Position numbers and translations under genes: made by a program
Shown here: in pieces, positions 51,462 to 63,362 of the stretch
Numbering within the stretch: position 1 is the first letter of the stretch
Layout: every line of letters begins with the position of its first letter
Source of the DNA: Mobula hypostoma
Taxonomy: Eukaryota
Length of the DNA: 64,000 nucleotides
Direction of reading: 5' to 3'
Assembly: GCF_963921235.1 (NCBI RefSeq)
Contig: NC_086109.1
Span: 17,300,001 to 17,364,000, forward strand
Notes under the pieces: model-generated
What the model was told of the DNA's origin: nothing
Seen by the model: the letters and a program-made list of their open reading frames with translations, nothing else
Database searches by the model: none

Positions 51462-51935
51462 TTTACCAATCCACCCTTCTACCCCCACATCCAGGTCGTT
51501 AATAAAAATCACGAAAAGTAGCGGTCCCAGAACAGAGATCCTTGTGGGACACCACTGGTCACAATCCTCCAATCTGAATGTACTCCTTCCACCACGACCC
51601 TCTGCCTTCTGCAGGCAAGCCAATTCTGAATCCACCTGGCCAAACTTCCCTGGATCCCATGCCTTCTGACTTTCTGAATAAGCCTACCGTGTGGAACCTT
51701 GTCAAATGCCTTACTAAAATCCATATAGATCACATCCACTGCACTACCCTCATCTATATGCCTGGTCACCTCCTCAAAGAACTCTATCAGGCTTGTTAAG
51801 ACACAATCTGCCCTTCACAAAGCCATGCTGACTGTCCCTGATCAGACCATGATTCTCTAAATGCCCAGAGATCCTATCTCTAAGAATCTTTTCCAACAGC
51901 TTTCCCACCACAGACGTAAGGCTCACTGGTCTATA
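51462..51935 (-). mobile_element. CR1 LINE RT fragment, well preserved
   Basis: AVDVIYMDFSKAFDKVPHGRL..WIQNWL..RRQRVVV..VTSGVPQGS. Confidence 0.92.
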
Positions 51936-52879
51936 AGATCAGAGTGTCATGAGTTCATTTTTCAGAAGCACATTATCTGTTCCAGTGAAGTACAAAGGAA
52001 GTTTTGAGTTGGACAAGGTGCCATCTTTCTGATGAAAGGTTACCCCAATCCCTTCTGCCCTGCATCACTTCACTCAGAATGCAGAGGAGTGCTCCTGATC
52101 AACCTCTGGCCAATATTCATCTATTAACTACCATTACAAAAATGCATTAATTGAATATTTTCATTTTTTTGTTTGACTGCTTGCTGATTGTGAGTTGGGT
52201 GTTTACTTTCATATACTACATTAGTTTCTGCACTTTGAAACTGCATAAATGGTTGTAATATATGTTTTGGAATGCCCTTTAATCACACAATAGAAATGTA
52301 ACTCGGTTTTTATACTTGTGTTGGAGTTCTTGCATTTTCAAGAAGTGGATTGACCCAGATTCTTTGTGAAGGACACATTAACAACATGAAGCACATCTGT
52401 TTTTGGATTCTCTGCAGATTTAGTTATCTTCTAGATTCTCCTAACCTGCTGAATGGACCCATTGTCTCTGCCTTTTAAATCCTGCATGTCTGGCGTCAAG
52501 TCTCAGGCATCACTCACCCTAATTTTCTTATGTACTGGTCTACTTTTAGCTGATATCTGCCACTCTAATTTCAGAGCTAAAATTGTCCGAACTGGTTAGA
52601 ATGCTGTTTTCTGCCAAAACAGTTGCATTGACCTGGAAAGCAAAGTGAACTCGATGTTCTTTTCCATCTCTACAATCTTTCTCTTTTCTCCAACAGTCAG
52701 CTTAAGTTGTTCAATACTAAGATGCAGGATATAATCACAAACAAGGGAAAATCTGCAGATAGTCATAGTCATAGTCATACTTTATTGATCCCGGGGGAAA
52801 TTGGTTAAAAAAATGCCGGCATAAGTGCAATCAGCTGGTCCCTGGAATAAACAATGTGACCATCCTGCAGCCACGCTGG

Positions 52880-53047
52880 AAATGCTGGAAATCTGAGCAA
52901 CATGCACAGTGATGGAGGAACTCAGCAGGCCAGGTAGCATTTATGAAAAAGAGTACAGTTGATGTTTTGGCTTGAAATGTCAACTGTACTCTTTTCCATA
53001 GATGCTGCCTGGCCTGCTGAGTTCCTCCAGCATTCTGTTTGTGTTGC
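52880..53047. mobile_element. Short fold-back Penelope-like terminal repeat
   Basis: Inverted arms ggaggaactcagcaggccagg..aaaagagtacagttga / tcaactgtactctttt..cctggcctgctgagttcctcc. Confidence 0.8.
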
Positions 53048-53304
53048 AGAACATAATGTCAGTTGCCTCTGCTGTATACCTATATTCTCTTTACCCACCA
53101 AGCTAAACTCCATCCTGTTCTTGGTCTGAAGCCTCTTCTTCCCTCTCACCCTAGTACTTCTGCAAACTCCTGCCCCATCTGACTCTTTTCTCATCCACTG
53201 ACCTTTAATTTTCCACATTTCCAAATGACTACAATGTTGTGTACCCACTTTCTTTCCTTTCTGGTGAACGCAGCAGGCCAAGCAGCAACTATAGGAAGAG
53301 GTGC

Positions 53305-53340
53305 AGTCGACGTTTCAGGCCGAGACCCTTCGTCAGGACT
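53305..53340 (-). ncRNA. Minimal type-I hammerhead ribozyme motif
   Basis: - strand AGTC CTGACGA AGGGTCTCGGCCT GAAA CG TC GACT. Confidence 0.72.
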
Positions 53341-53667
53341 AACTGAAGGAAGAGTGAGTAAGGGATTTGAAAGCTGGAGGGGGAGGGGGAGATGCAAAAT
53401 GATAGGAGAAGACAGGAGGGGGAGGGATAGAGCCGAGAGCTGGACAGGTGATAGGCAAAAGGGGATACGAGAGGATCATGGGACAGGAGGTCCGGGAAGA
53501 AAGACAAGGAGCCCGGACCTCCTGTCCCATGATCCTCTCGTATCCCCTTTTGCCTATCACCTGTCCAGCTCTCAGCTCTATCCCTCCCCCTCCTGTCTTC
53601 TCCTATCATTTTGCATCTCCCCCTCCCCCTCCAGCTTTCAAATCCCTTACTCACTCTTCCTTCAGTT

Positions 53668-53703
53668 AGTCCTGACGAAGGGTCTCGGCCTGAAACGTCG
53701 ACT
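53668..53703 (+). ncRNA. Minimal type-I hammerhead ribozyme motif
   Basis: AGTC CTGACGA AGGGTCTCGGCCT GAAA CG TC GACT. Confidence 0.72.
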
Positions 53704-54546
53704 GCACCTCTTCCTATAGATGCTGCTTGGCCTGCTGCGTTCACCAGCAACTTTGATGTATGTTGCTTGAATTTCCAGCATCTGCAGAATTCCTGTTGTT
53801 TTTGTTCTTTCCTTTCTGATTGGGCACTGCCCCATGAGTGCCAGTAACCCGCTATCTGTATTTTTCTGGATTGGTTTTATTTTGTATGTTTCATAACTAC
53901 CATTACACACTGAGTTTGTTTATGTCAGATGAGGGTTGATTGACCCCGACTGAAGAGAACCACAATTATCCGTAAAATATTTGGCTAATTGTATTCCTCT
54001 ATCTCCGTATTCAAAGTCAATTGAGCAGTTTTAACCTGCAATGACCTCTAACTACTGTCTAATGGGCCCCTTGTGCAGTCCTTGAGAGCTTTCATCATCT
54101 TGTACCAATGCTCCGAATGCACTGATGTTTGGACCCAGGTTTATGGGGATTAGCAGTGGTCAGTCCTGCAATCATGATTTCAAATAATGAAGTAATCTGA
54201 CATCTGTTAGCATTTGATTGGCAGTATTAACATGACACCTTGTGCTTGTTCCTTTAACACAAAAGGATCCTTGTTATGATGACGCTGTGCTAAAATGATT
54301 CTGTCATGAGAGGGTTGCCTTTGGAGTTGAATTTGCTTGGGCGAATCATTATTTTGGGGTGTACACCAGGACCCTTTCAACATCAACTGTACTATTTAAA
54401 TCTTGATAGTGAATCTCACAGAGTTAGACCTGTATTTTATTTTTGGCTTGTTCTTAGAAAAAGGTGTAACCCTTTCCTTGCTGTTTAAACTGAACACCTC
54501 ATGCCTTTTATGTCTCAGTGCAGATGTCAAAACCTTAGGTTGTCAA

Positions 54547-54640
54547 CTGATGAAGGGTCTCGGCCTGAAACGTCGACTGTACCTCTTCCTACAGATGCTG
54601 CCTGGCCTGCTGCGTTCACCAGCAACTTTGATGTGTGTTG
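54547..54640 (+). mobile_element. 94-bp Penelope-like insertion beginning at the hammerhead core
   Basis: CTGATGAAGGGTCTCGGCCTGAAACGTCGACT...gtgtgttg, flanked by a 13-bp TSD CTTAGGTTGYCAA (54534-54546 / 54641-54653). Confidence 0.82.
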
Positions 54641-56274
54641 CTTAGGTTGCCAAGCTATGTTGCCAGTGCAGCTTTCACTCTGTTACTGTTGGGATCATAT
54701 GTGAGAGTCCTTGCATTTCAGGTCTGAATCTTCATATTACAAAGTGGAAGTTGCCTGTTAGTGGTTTATTTTAATGTGGCACAGTTGTTGTATACCAGCT
54801 ACTAGGTAGAGTGATCTTCACCATTTAAAAAATGCTACTCTGTATGCTCAGTGATTTTTTTTTCCCTCTATGGAATACATGAATGTCCGTGACCCTTTGT
54901 TTCAACCTGATGTGGAGTAATTACATTGATGATCCCAATGCATACAAAGGTGGTATTGATCAAGTGGCATGAGGCACCAGAAATGTTGGAATAACTAACT
55001 CGGTGATCTTCTGAAAGCCAGCATGGGCATGATGGGCTGAGTAGCCACTTTCTGTATTGTCATAAGTCATGGACCTATCATTATTTAAATATTCATATGC
55101 TACTTTATATAAAATAAAGCCTTTCAAACATGGAATGAATAACTAGGAGCTCTGTTTTTGGTAGTCAAGGGGGGAATTTTTCTTGGATGATTGAAATTTT
55201 TTTGTGTCTATGGGGTAATGGAACTTCTAACAAATTCCAATGGCAAATCTTTCTATTTACACTATTCTGTGCTGCATTGAATAAATAACCCAAACTCCAG
55301 GAAACTTAATCCGACGACCAATTGAAACTGAGGCCTAACCTGAGACTGGCTAATACAAAAATTAATTTCTCCGATCAAGCTCGCCACAGCCTGTTCCATC
55401 CACCCAGCCTCACAAGAGGAGTGATTGTCAATGATTTAGGCAAAAAAGTAGATCAACTGTACTTTGTTTTGGATGTGAAATTTTTAAGGGATGTGTACAA
55501 TGAGAGGCCACAGAAGAGTTTTAATAATTGAGCCTGGAGGCAACAGTGGTTTGTGAGGTAGTTATTGAAGCAGAATGTCACATAGTCGGGGAAAAAGGGT
55601 GATCTTTAAGTTGAAGCAGATGTTTTGCAGAAAAGCCAGGTCAGATTTCAGCGGTTTGATTCAGCTTGATGAAATGGAGGGAAGGAGTTGGCGATGAGGT
55701 CACATAGATTTTGCTTGCATATTAGATGCTGACATCAGATTTCCCAGTATTTAGCTAAAAGAAGTGAAAACTGGCACAAAACCGAACAATATGATTACTC
55801 AGGAGTTTGTGTATGACTTGATAATATTGTGGATGGTAGAATTCTGAAATGGTGGTGGCTGGTTGTCCATCGTGTCCAACAATAACAGGAAACCTGTGCG
55901 GGAGACTTTTTAGAGTGGAAAAGCCATTGCACTGGGGCAGTTCTATTCTCTCGACCTCAGAAGTCCAGGTCCAGTGGTATGAACAACTGGAGTCTTTGTT
56001 AGTTGCAGTGGACCATCTGTGTCTTGTCATGCCCTTCACTCTCCATGGAGCGTTGCAGTTCCACCTTCCTGGACGTTGGATCTCACTGTAGATCTCGTCG
56101 GCCCAGTCACTGGAGCTGAAATAGGTGACTATTCAATCATCTTTTATGTATCGCTTTTTACTGAGTTGATGAGTTGATTTTGTGTTTAAGGCTGACCAAA
56201 GATTTAGAAGCTAGCTATTATCTGATCTGTTCAGGTCAGATAACATCTTGCCCTCCCTGTAGCTTAACAAAGAT

Positions 56275-56540
56275 TAGCTTTATTTGTCACATATACATCA
56301 AAACATTGAAATATGTTGTTTGCATCAAATCAAATCAGCAAGGATTGTGCTGGGCAGCCCAGAAGTGTCGCCATGCTTCCGGCACCAACATACCATGCCC
56401 ATAACTTACTAACCTTAACTGGTATGCTTTTGGAATGGGGGAGGAAACCAGTGCACACAGATGAAACTGCAGAACATACATTCTTACAGGCAGCAGCAGG
56501 AATTAAACTCCAGTCGCTGATCACTGGCTAGCACCATAAA
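56275..56540 (-). mobile_element. SINE remnant (family of 18005-18282)
   Basis: Shares tttgtca..tacatc.aaaca..atcaaatcaaatcagcaaggattgtgctggg with the 18005 copy. Confidence 0.75.
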
Positions 56541-59500
56541 GTGATGTTCTGCCCTTTATCTCCTTCCTTGTTCTGCTGAAAGGTGTTCAGCCTGAAATAT
56601 TAGCTTTGTGCCTCTTCCCACAGATGCAGTCTGACCTGCTGACCTTTCAAGCATTTTGTTTTTATTTGATGTTTCTGCTATCTGCATTTATTTTATTCCA
56701 ATTAATTTTGAAGTATTATGAATTCTGAAATATACCCTCCAAATGCTTTGACTCCTTGATTTTACTTTGCGATATGAACCACTAGTAGGAGTTCCCAAAA
56801 GGGTTGTGTACATTTGTAGAATTTGTCGTATTTTGCAATGATTATCTTTACCCACTCATGGTGCAGTGTTTCTAAAGCAGAGAGACACAAATGAACTCTC
56901 CGCTTCCTGTCACAGGATCATAATAACAGTGACAAACGCCCTTAGCAAAGCACAATGCTGATGTAAAGTGATACGGTAAAGTGAGCCATCTGAAGCCTTA
57001 CCTCATAACATGAATTCAAAGAAAAGCTGTGTTCAAGCTAACAATAAGGAACTTGGTGAAAGGAATACTTCAAAAGCTATATATGTCTGCTGCATGTCTC
57101 GTTACTTCAGCTTTCATAGGGCGGCACATCTTTTAAAGAAACATTTGAAACTCAGCAGAATAGAAAAGGAAATTAACTCTGATGCAACCACTGTTTGTTA
57201 AACTATGTGCACTAAAGCAACTGTGATGTAAATATTGGGAAATTCAGCTCATTTCAGCTGTCCCGTGTACTTTACAAGTGCATTTTCAGCAGATTGTTGC
57301 TATTGTACCTCATTTGTTGGCCTCTTGCAACATAAGGAAGATCTATACGCTCCCAGTAGCTAGTACACATGTGACAGAGAAGCTAGCTTGAATTTGTGGA
57401 GAGTTTAGATTCCTCACTTTAAGTCGGTGAAGTTATACTGTTGGTAATGGACATTAATGTGCCCTGAAGAGCACTGAGATTTCACTTCACTGCCGCACAT
57501 GCTGTAAGGAAATTCTGAGTATGCACACCTTCACCCTGGTTTCATCATGTGGAGGGACAAGTTTCATGCAAGTAAACCAAAGGTAAAGTAATTCTTTGTC
57601 TTGCTCGAATTTGTCTTTTCATATATCTTCAGCTACAGCTTCCTGATTTAGAAGAGTGCTTAGATTGGCACTTCTGAAAATGCCTTTACAATTGTTGTAA
57701 TTCTTTATATAAAACTGTTCTTTATAAAATTTGTTCATTTTTGTGGACTGATTGTGATATTTAGAAAATACACTAGATTTTGGGCGTACTTGTAAAATAA
57801 CTTTTTTGAAGATTCATTGCAGGCCAAATGGAAAACATTATAATTGATCTTAACACGAATGCATTAGATCAAAGCAAATGGAGTACAAATATTGATATTA
57901 TTCTGAAAGAATTACTGAAGATTCTGAACTATTTATTGGTATTGGTTTATTATCATTATGTACCAAGATATAGTGAAAAGTTTTTGTTTTATGTGCCATC
58001 CAGACAGAGCATGCCATACATAATTACATTTAGTAAAAAGAAAACAATGCAGAGTATACTGTTGCAGTTAGAGGGTGTGCAGTGCAGGTACATATCAATG
58101 TCATAATTTTACTGTAGATATTGCAAGTTTATGATGGCATTCCTTTCCATTTTCTGAATTTGCTTTTGCCACAACAGCGCAAAATCTTATCTGAAAGAAG
58201 CAGCCAATTGAAAGATTAGTAAAGTTATGAAAGATGATTTATGATAAAAATGTAACATGGGACTTAGCGTGAAACCTCAGATAAAAGTATGGAGCTAAAA
58301 TCTTTATAGAGCATCTTTATATAGCTTTCCATGCTACAAGCTTATGGGGCATGCTCTGCTCTCATTATTAGCAAAGTAAGCCACGTCTTCAATATGTAAA
58401 TGTTAAGCAGATCCCATTTAGTGAAATCAATTCCTACTACTGTATTACTATTACTGACCTCCTAAAGCAGACCAGTTAGATTTAGAGTATTATCGGCTAT
58501 GGTGCCACAACATATGTGGGTTTCAGACTTTTTGGAAAGTCAGTCACTTACTGGTGCTGCAAAAACTGAGAGTCAGCTTTGGCGTAGTTGATGATTCTCT
58601 TGCCTTTGAGACAGAAGATTCAATTCCTACGCTACTGGAGGCTTGAGTACAGAAATCTAGGCTAACATTTCAGATCACTATTGTGTGAATCTGAGCTGCT
58701 GTCTTGGATAGATGTAAGAGATCCAAAGAAACAATTTGAGAAAGAGAGGTGGTGTGGACCCTTGTGTCATAAGCAATAGTTACCTTTATAAATGATCTGA
58801 CAATGTAAAATAATAGATGGTCATGTCATTCCTGCCCGCAGAACTCTCCTTAGTCTTCTGGTTAAAAGATGGTGCTGGTGAAATACAGTGAGTACTTACT
58901 GGCAGCAAACAAAACTACTAACTACTTAATTAATCATACTTCAGGGAAGCAATCACTGCAATCAATTCAATCAAAGAATGATTTTTTTGCACACGTTGGG
59001 TGTATGATGGATTTGATGAGTTCTACTGGGCTTATTTGTTTTGTGGCTACCTGTAAGGAGATGAATCTTAAAATTGTGTATAATATACATACTTTGATAA
59101 TAAATGTACTTTGAATTTTGAACTTTGAACCTAATAAGTTCATAATAGTTGCTTTTATTAAATTACAGCAGTGACTACATTTCAAAATACTTTGATATCA
59201 AGAAAGGGATATAAGCTGTTTCATACAAATAAAAGCAGTCTCTCAGTGCAGAAGTCAGCCAGTGTCACTTCAATAGAAATGTGTTGTGCATTTGCCCTGT
59301 TGACCTGGACTTCCAGTTTACCCTTAAGATATTTGGTACGGATTAGAAATTCATGGATTTGCAAATGTCATCTTCCTCTTTGGGCTCATTTATCTTAACC
59401 AATTGTTCTGTTATTTGCTTATTAGGAAACTTCCCCATTTTGCTGAGTTTTTGTTTGCTTTTCTTCCTTCCTGCTGTTTCCTGTTCATAGAGACTGAGGA

Positions 59501-59899
59501 ATGATTCTGTGGCATTGGCACCTTCTGTTACTTTGTCCATTTGTGCTTTCTCTCCATTTGGGATAAGACCATGATGTGCACTCTGTGGCCATTTTATTAT
59601 GTATCTCCTGTGCCTAATAAAGTGGCCACTATGTGTGTCCATGGTCGTCTTTTGCTATAGCCCATCCATTTCAAGGTTCATTCAGAGATGCTCTTCTGCA
59701 CACCACTGTTGTAAGGCATGGTTGTTTGAATTACTGTCAGCTTGAACCAATCTGGCCATACCTCTTTGACCTCTCTCATTAACAAGGCATTTTTGCCCAC
59801 AGAATTCTGCTCACTGCATTCTCACGTGAGCATCCCTCTTCTCCAGATGTGTAAGGACGGTGTGTAGAGCACTGGCTGTTGTGTCATCTGTCAATCAGT

Positions 59900-61460
59900 T
59901 GCCACCACCCCCACCCTTGGCAGTACATTCTAGGCACCTACCATTCTATATGTCACAAAAAAGCTTGCCTCACACACGTCCTTTGAACTTACCCCTCGCG
60001 CCTTAAGTGCATTCCATCTAGTATTAGATATTTTCTCCGTGGGGAGAAAGATACTGGTTGACTACTTTGTCTATACTCATAATATTATAAGTTTCTCTAA
60101 GGTCTCCTATCAGCCCCCACTTCAACAGAACACACAAGTTTGTCAAACCTCTAATTATTACACATGCCCTCTAATCCAGGCAATATCCTGGTAAACCTCT
60201 TGTGGACCCTCTCCAAAGCCTCCACATCTTCTGTACAATAGGGCAATCAGAACTGAATGCAATATTCCAGATGTACCTAACGGGAGTTCTATAAAGATGC
60301 AACATAACTTCCTGAATCTTGCCCTTATTTCCTTGTTTTAAAAAAGACAAGCATTGGATACACTTTACTAATCTACCTGCTCGTCTGGCTACTTTCAGTG
60401 GGATTATGGAATTGAAGCCCATGATCCTTCTGTACGTCAATGCAGTTAAAGGTCCTGCCATTAATTGTGTACTTCCCCCTTTCATTTGATCTCCTAAAGT
60501 GCAACATCTCAGACTTGTCCAGATTAAGTTCTATCTGCAATTTTTCTGCCCATACTTGCAACTGAACTGGAGAGGTTTAGAGGGCAGATGGAACCAGTTC
60601 AGTGGACAACACAGTCAGTATGGATGAGTTAAGTTGAAGAGTCTATATCTATGCTGTGTTAAGGCTGATTTATACTTCTGCGTCAAATTGACGCTGTAGG
60701 TACGGCGTAGCCGCGAACCCTATACAGAGCCTACGTGGATCCCTACGCCGTAGCCTGACACGCATCTCTCCCAAAATGTGACTACGCGTTGCGGTAACAC
60801 AGACTGCAACAACTGTGATGGTCCGCTTGGTAGCATTGTATTTTCTCCTGCACTGCAATAGCTTCCTATTGGGTGACTGAAGGGCAGGGAAGGAACTCTG
60901 GCTGCAATGCTTTCCGTAAAGCTTTACAGACTTCCGAAATTATGGAGGACACATTTCACTTTTATGAAAAAGACGCTTGCTTTAAACTTGTTTACCCCGA
61001 AAAAGACTACCATGACCATGAAGCCTTGTGCGGGCAGGTGTGTGCGCATGCGCGACATGCCCAAATTGCAGAGCAATGCAGACACACCAACGCACAAGTA
61101 TAAATGCTCACAACGTGCGTAGGCCACTTGCGTAGATGACGCCGTCCATTTGACACAGAAGTATAAATCAGCCTTTACTCTGATCTATATCCCCGCTGTT
61201 TTTTTTTGGCAACCTTCTACATTATCTATACTGTCATCTGTCTTTGTGTCTTCTGCATATTTACTAATCCACCCATCGACATGTATCACAGACAGCAGAA
61301 GTCCCTGCAGTACACCACTAGTCACAGACTTCCAGCCAGAGTAAGACTCATCAACCACTACTCTCAGTCTTCTCTTGGGGAGCCAATTCTGAATCCAAAC
61401 AGCCAAGTCACCTGGATGGCCCTACCACGATGGAGCTTGTCAGATGCCTACTAAAATCTA
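59900..61460 (-). mobile_element. Degraded CR1 LINE, interrupted
   Basis: WIQNWL..R.RVVV..W.SVTSGV.QG (61185-61406), WAEKLQIELN.DK.E.LHF (60373-60561) and 3' region. Confidence 0.8.
60662..61174. mobile_element. PIF/Harbinger-type MITE
   Basis: TIRs AGGCTGATTTATACTTCTGCGTCAAAT / ATTTGACACAGAAGTATAAATCAGCCT. 3-bp TSD TTA (60659-60661 / 61175-61177). Confidence 0.85.
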
Positions 61461-61892
61461 TAAGTGCACAAAACCGGCTGTAGAAAACTACAACTGCCTT
61501 AGCTTACCACAAACTGTTTCAAATCTAGAGTCTCTTTAAGCTGTACTCTTATGAAGGCTTTGGAAGATCAGCAAAAGTCAGTGAGTAACGTGCGATTTTC
61601 GTAGCACACCAGACTATTCATTGAGATCTTTCTTCCACCCATCAGAGATATTTATCCGGAGCGCTGCATACACAGGCCCCTTGGTATTGTCAATGATCTC
61701 TCCCATTCATCCAACAATCTCTTTGACCCTCTACCATCAAGCGGAGGTCAAGGACTGTTGGGATGGGAAACAGCTTCCCCCCTCCCCCAGGCTGTAAGAC
61801 TACTGAAATCCCTGCCACCGTCCAGGTCTCATCACATATGATACACCAGTGGTGTTATACTGCTTACTTTTTAACTTGTGTCATGAATGCAC

Positions 61893-62552
61893 TGTACGGG
61901 GTCTTTCTTTTTTTTGTATGTTAAATTTAAAATGGCTTCTTTGTTATGTTATACTGGGGAATGCTTCTTTGTTATGTTAAATGCTGAGAAAGTCTCCAGC
62001 TAGACGGTTGCTTGGGTTAATACAGACTGCAGGGTGCTATTAGCCAATGGGTGGTCATGTATCATTTTGTTTTCGGATGACAATGCTGTATCATATGACT
62101 GTGTACGGGGTTTTAGCGGGGAGTCGGAAGAGAGACGAGGAGGACGGTGGACGGGGTTTTTGGGGGGAGTCGGAGGAGAGACGGGGAGGACGGCGGACGT
62201 GCAGAAAGGCTACGGTCGATCACTTCAGGTGGTCCCGAGCCGTGAGTCGACAGGATTCGGGTGGTCGTCAGGAATCGATTGAGCTCCAACGGTTGCGCGC
62301 GAAGAACTTGGACTTTGATAAATCTTGGTGCCTTTTTTTTCCATTGCTTCCTTTTCTATATCAAATTTATATTAATGACTTAGAATTGGTAATATCTATA
62401 AAGTGTACTTGGAAAAACGTACTGGGTGTGCTGACTGATGATTGATGTTTGGGATTGATTCGGGCGGCAACCGACTCTGTGGGAAGCACTGAGGCAGGTG
62501 CTGGGTGGGATTTCCCCTAGACATATACGAGCCAATATAACTGAGCATTACA
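61893..62552 (+). mobile_element. Solo LTR of a different family, inserted in a LINE tail
   Basis: TGTA...TACA termini with a 4-bp TSD GCAC (61889-61892 / 62553-62556). The flanks rejoin as a Rex1/L2-like 3' tail (about 61620-62700). Strand is tentative. Confidence 0.75.
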
Positions 62553-63214
62553 GCACCTTATTATTTGTTAATTTATTAATGGTAATATTACTTTGTGTTG
62601 TGTGTGTTACATGTACTGTGATTTGCATCTTGGTCTGAAGGAATGTTGTTTCATTTAGCGATACATGTTTATGTTGAATGACAATAAACTGAACTTGAAT
62701 GATTACATCTATGTTACAGCAATATGAATAACTGGGTTTGTTTTAAACTAATGGTAAATTGATCCTATTTGAAATTATTTTCACAACTCAATTTGTTCCT
62801 CAGTGGTTAATAGATCAAAAATTCTAAGTTTTTTTTCTTGCCCATGAGGTGTCTTGAGTTCTCACACCATATAATACATAGTTTAACAGCATTTATTCCC
62901 CAGTGAATTTCTTCAAGCCTCAATTTATGGTTTTGCACATTGAGATATAAAAGGTATTAGTTGAGTTTAAAATTCATACCTTTAATGCTATACATTGCAC
63001 AAGACCTTATGCATATTATTTGTCACCAAAGCACTTGCAGCTTTTTAATACAGTACAGAGTAATACACCTGTAGGCAAGGACTTTGCTCAGATGTGAAAC
63101 TGCTGTGACTTAACAAATATAAGAACATTTGAAAAATCAAATACATTCACTTACGTCAGAGAGATGGTAGTCTCCAAGTAAGACACTTCTCCATCTCAAG
63201 GAAGTCATAAGGCT

Positions 63215-63362
63215 TTGCATAGTAGGGGGATTAAAGGTTACGGGGAAAAGGCGGGTCGGTGGTGATGAGTCCAGGGCCAGGTCAAACATGATCTTATTGA
63301 ATGGCGGAGCGGGTTTGATGGGCCAGATGGCCTAATCCTGCTCCTGTTTCTTATGTTCATAT
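63215..63362 (+). mobile_element. CR1-type 3' UTR remnant
   Basis: catgatcttattgaatggcggagcggg..gatgggccagatggcct..tcctgctcct.tttcttatg. Confidence 0.7.

Larger units (their letters stand above)
53264..53804. mobile_element. Young fold-back Penelope-like insertion with two hammerheads
   Basis: 236-bp inverted arms (53261-53496 / 53512-53747) with a 15-nt spacer. 14-bp TSD TTCTTTCCTTTCTG (53250-53263 / 53805-53818). Confidence 0.9.

Noticed and set aside
53191..53910. Mirror-image 150-160 aa ORFs on both strands (also 45145-46221)
   Set aside because: They are a by-product of the inverted repeat and low-complexity purine/pyrimidine tracts, not genes.
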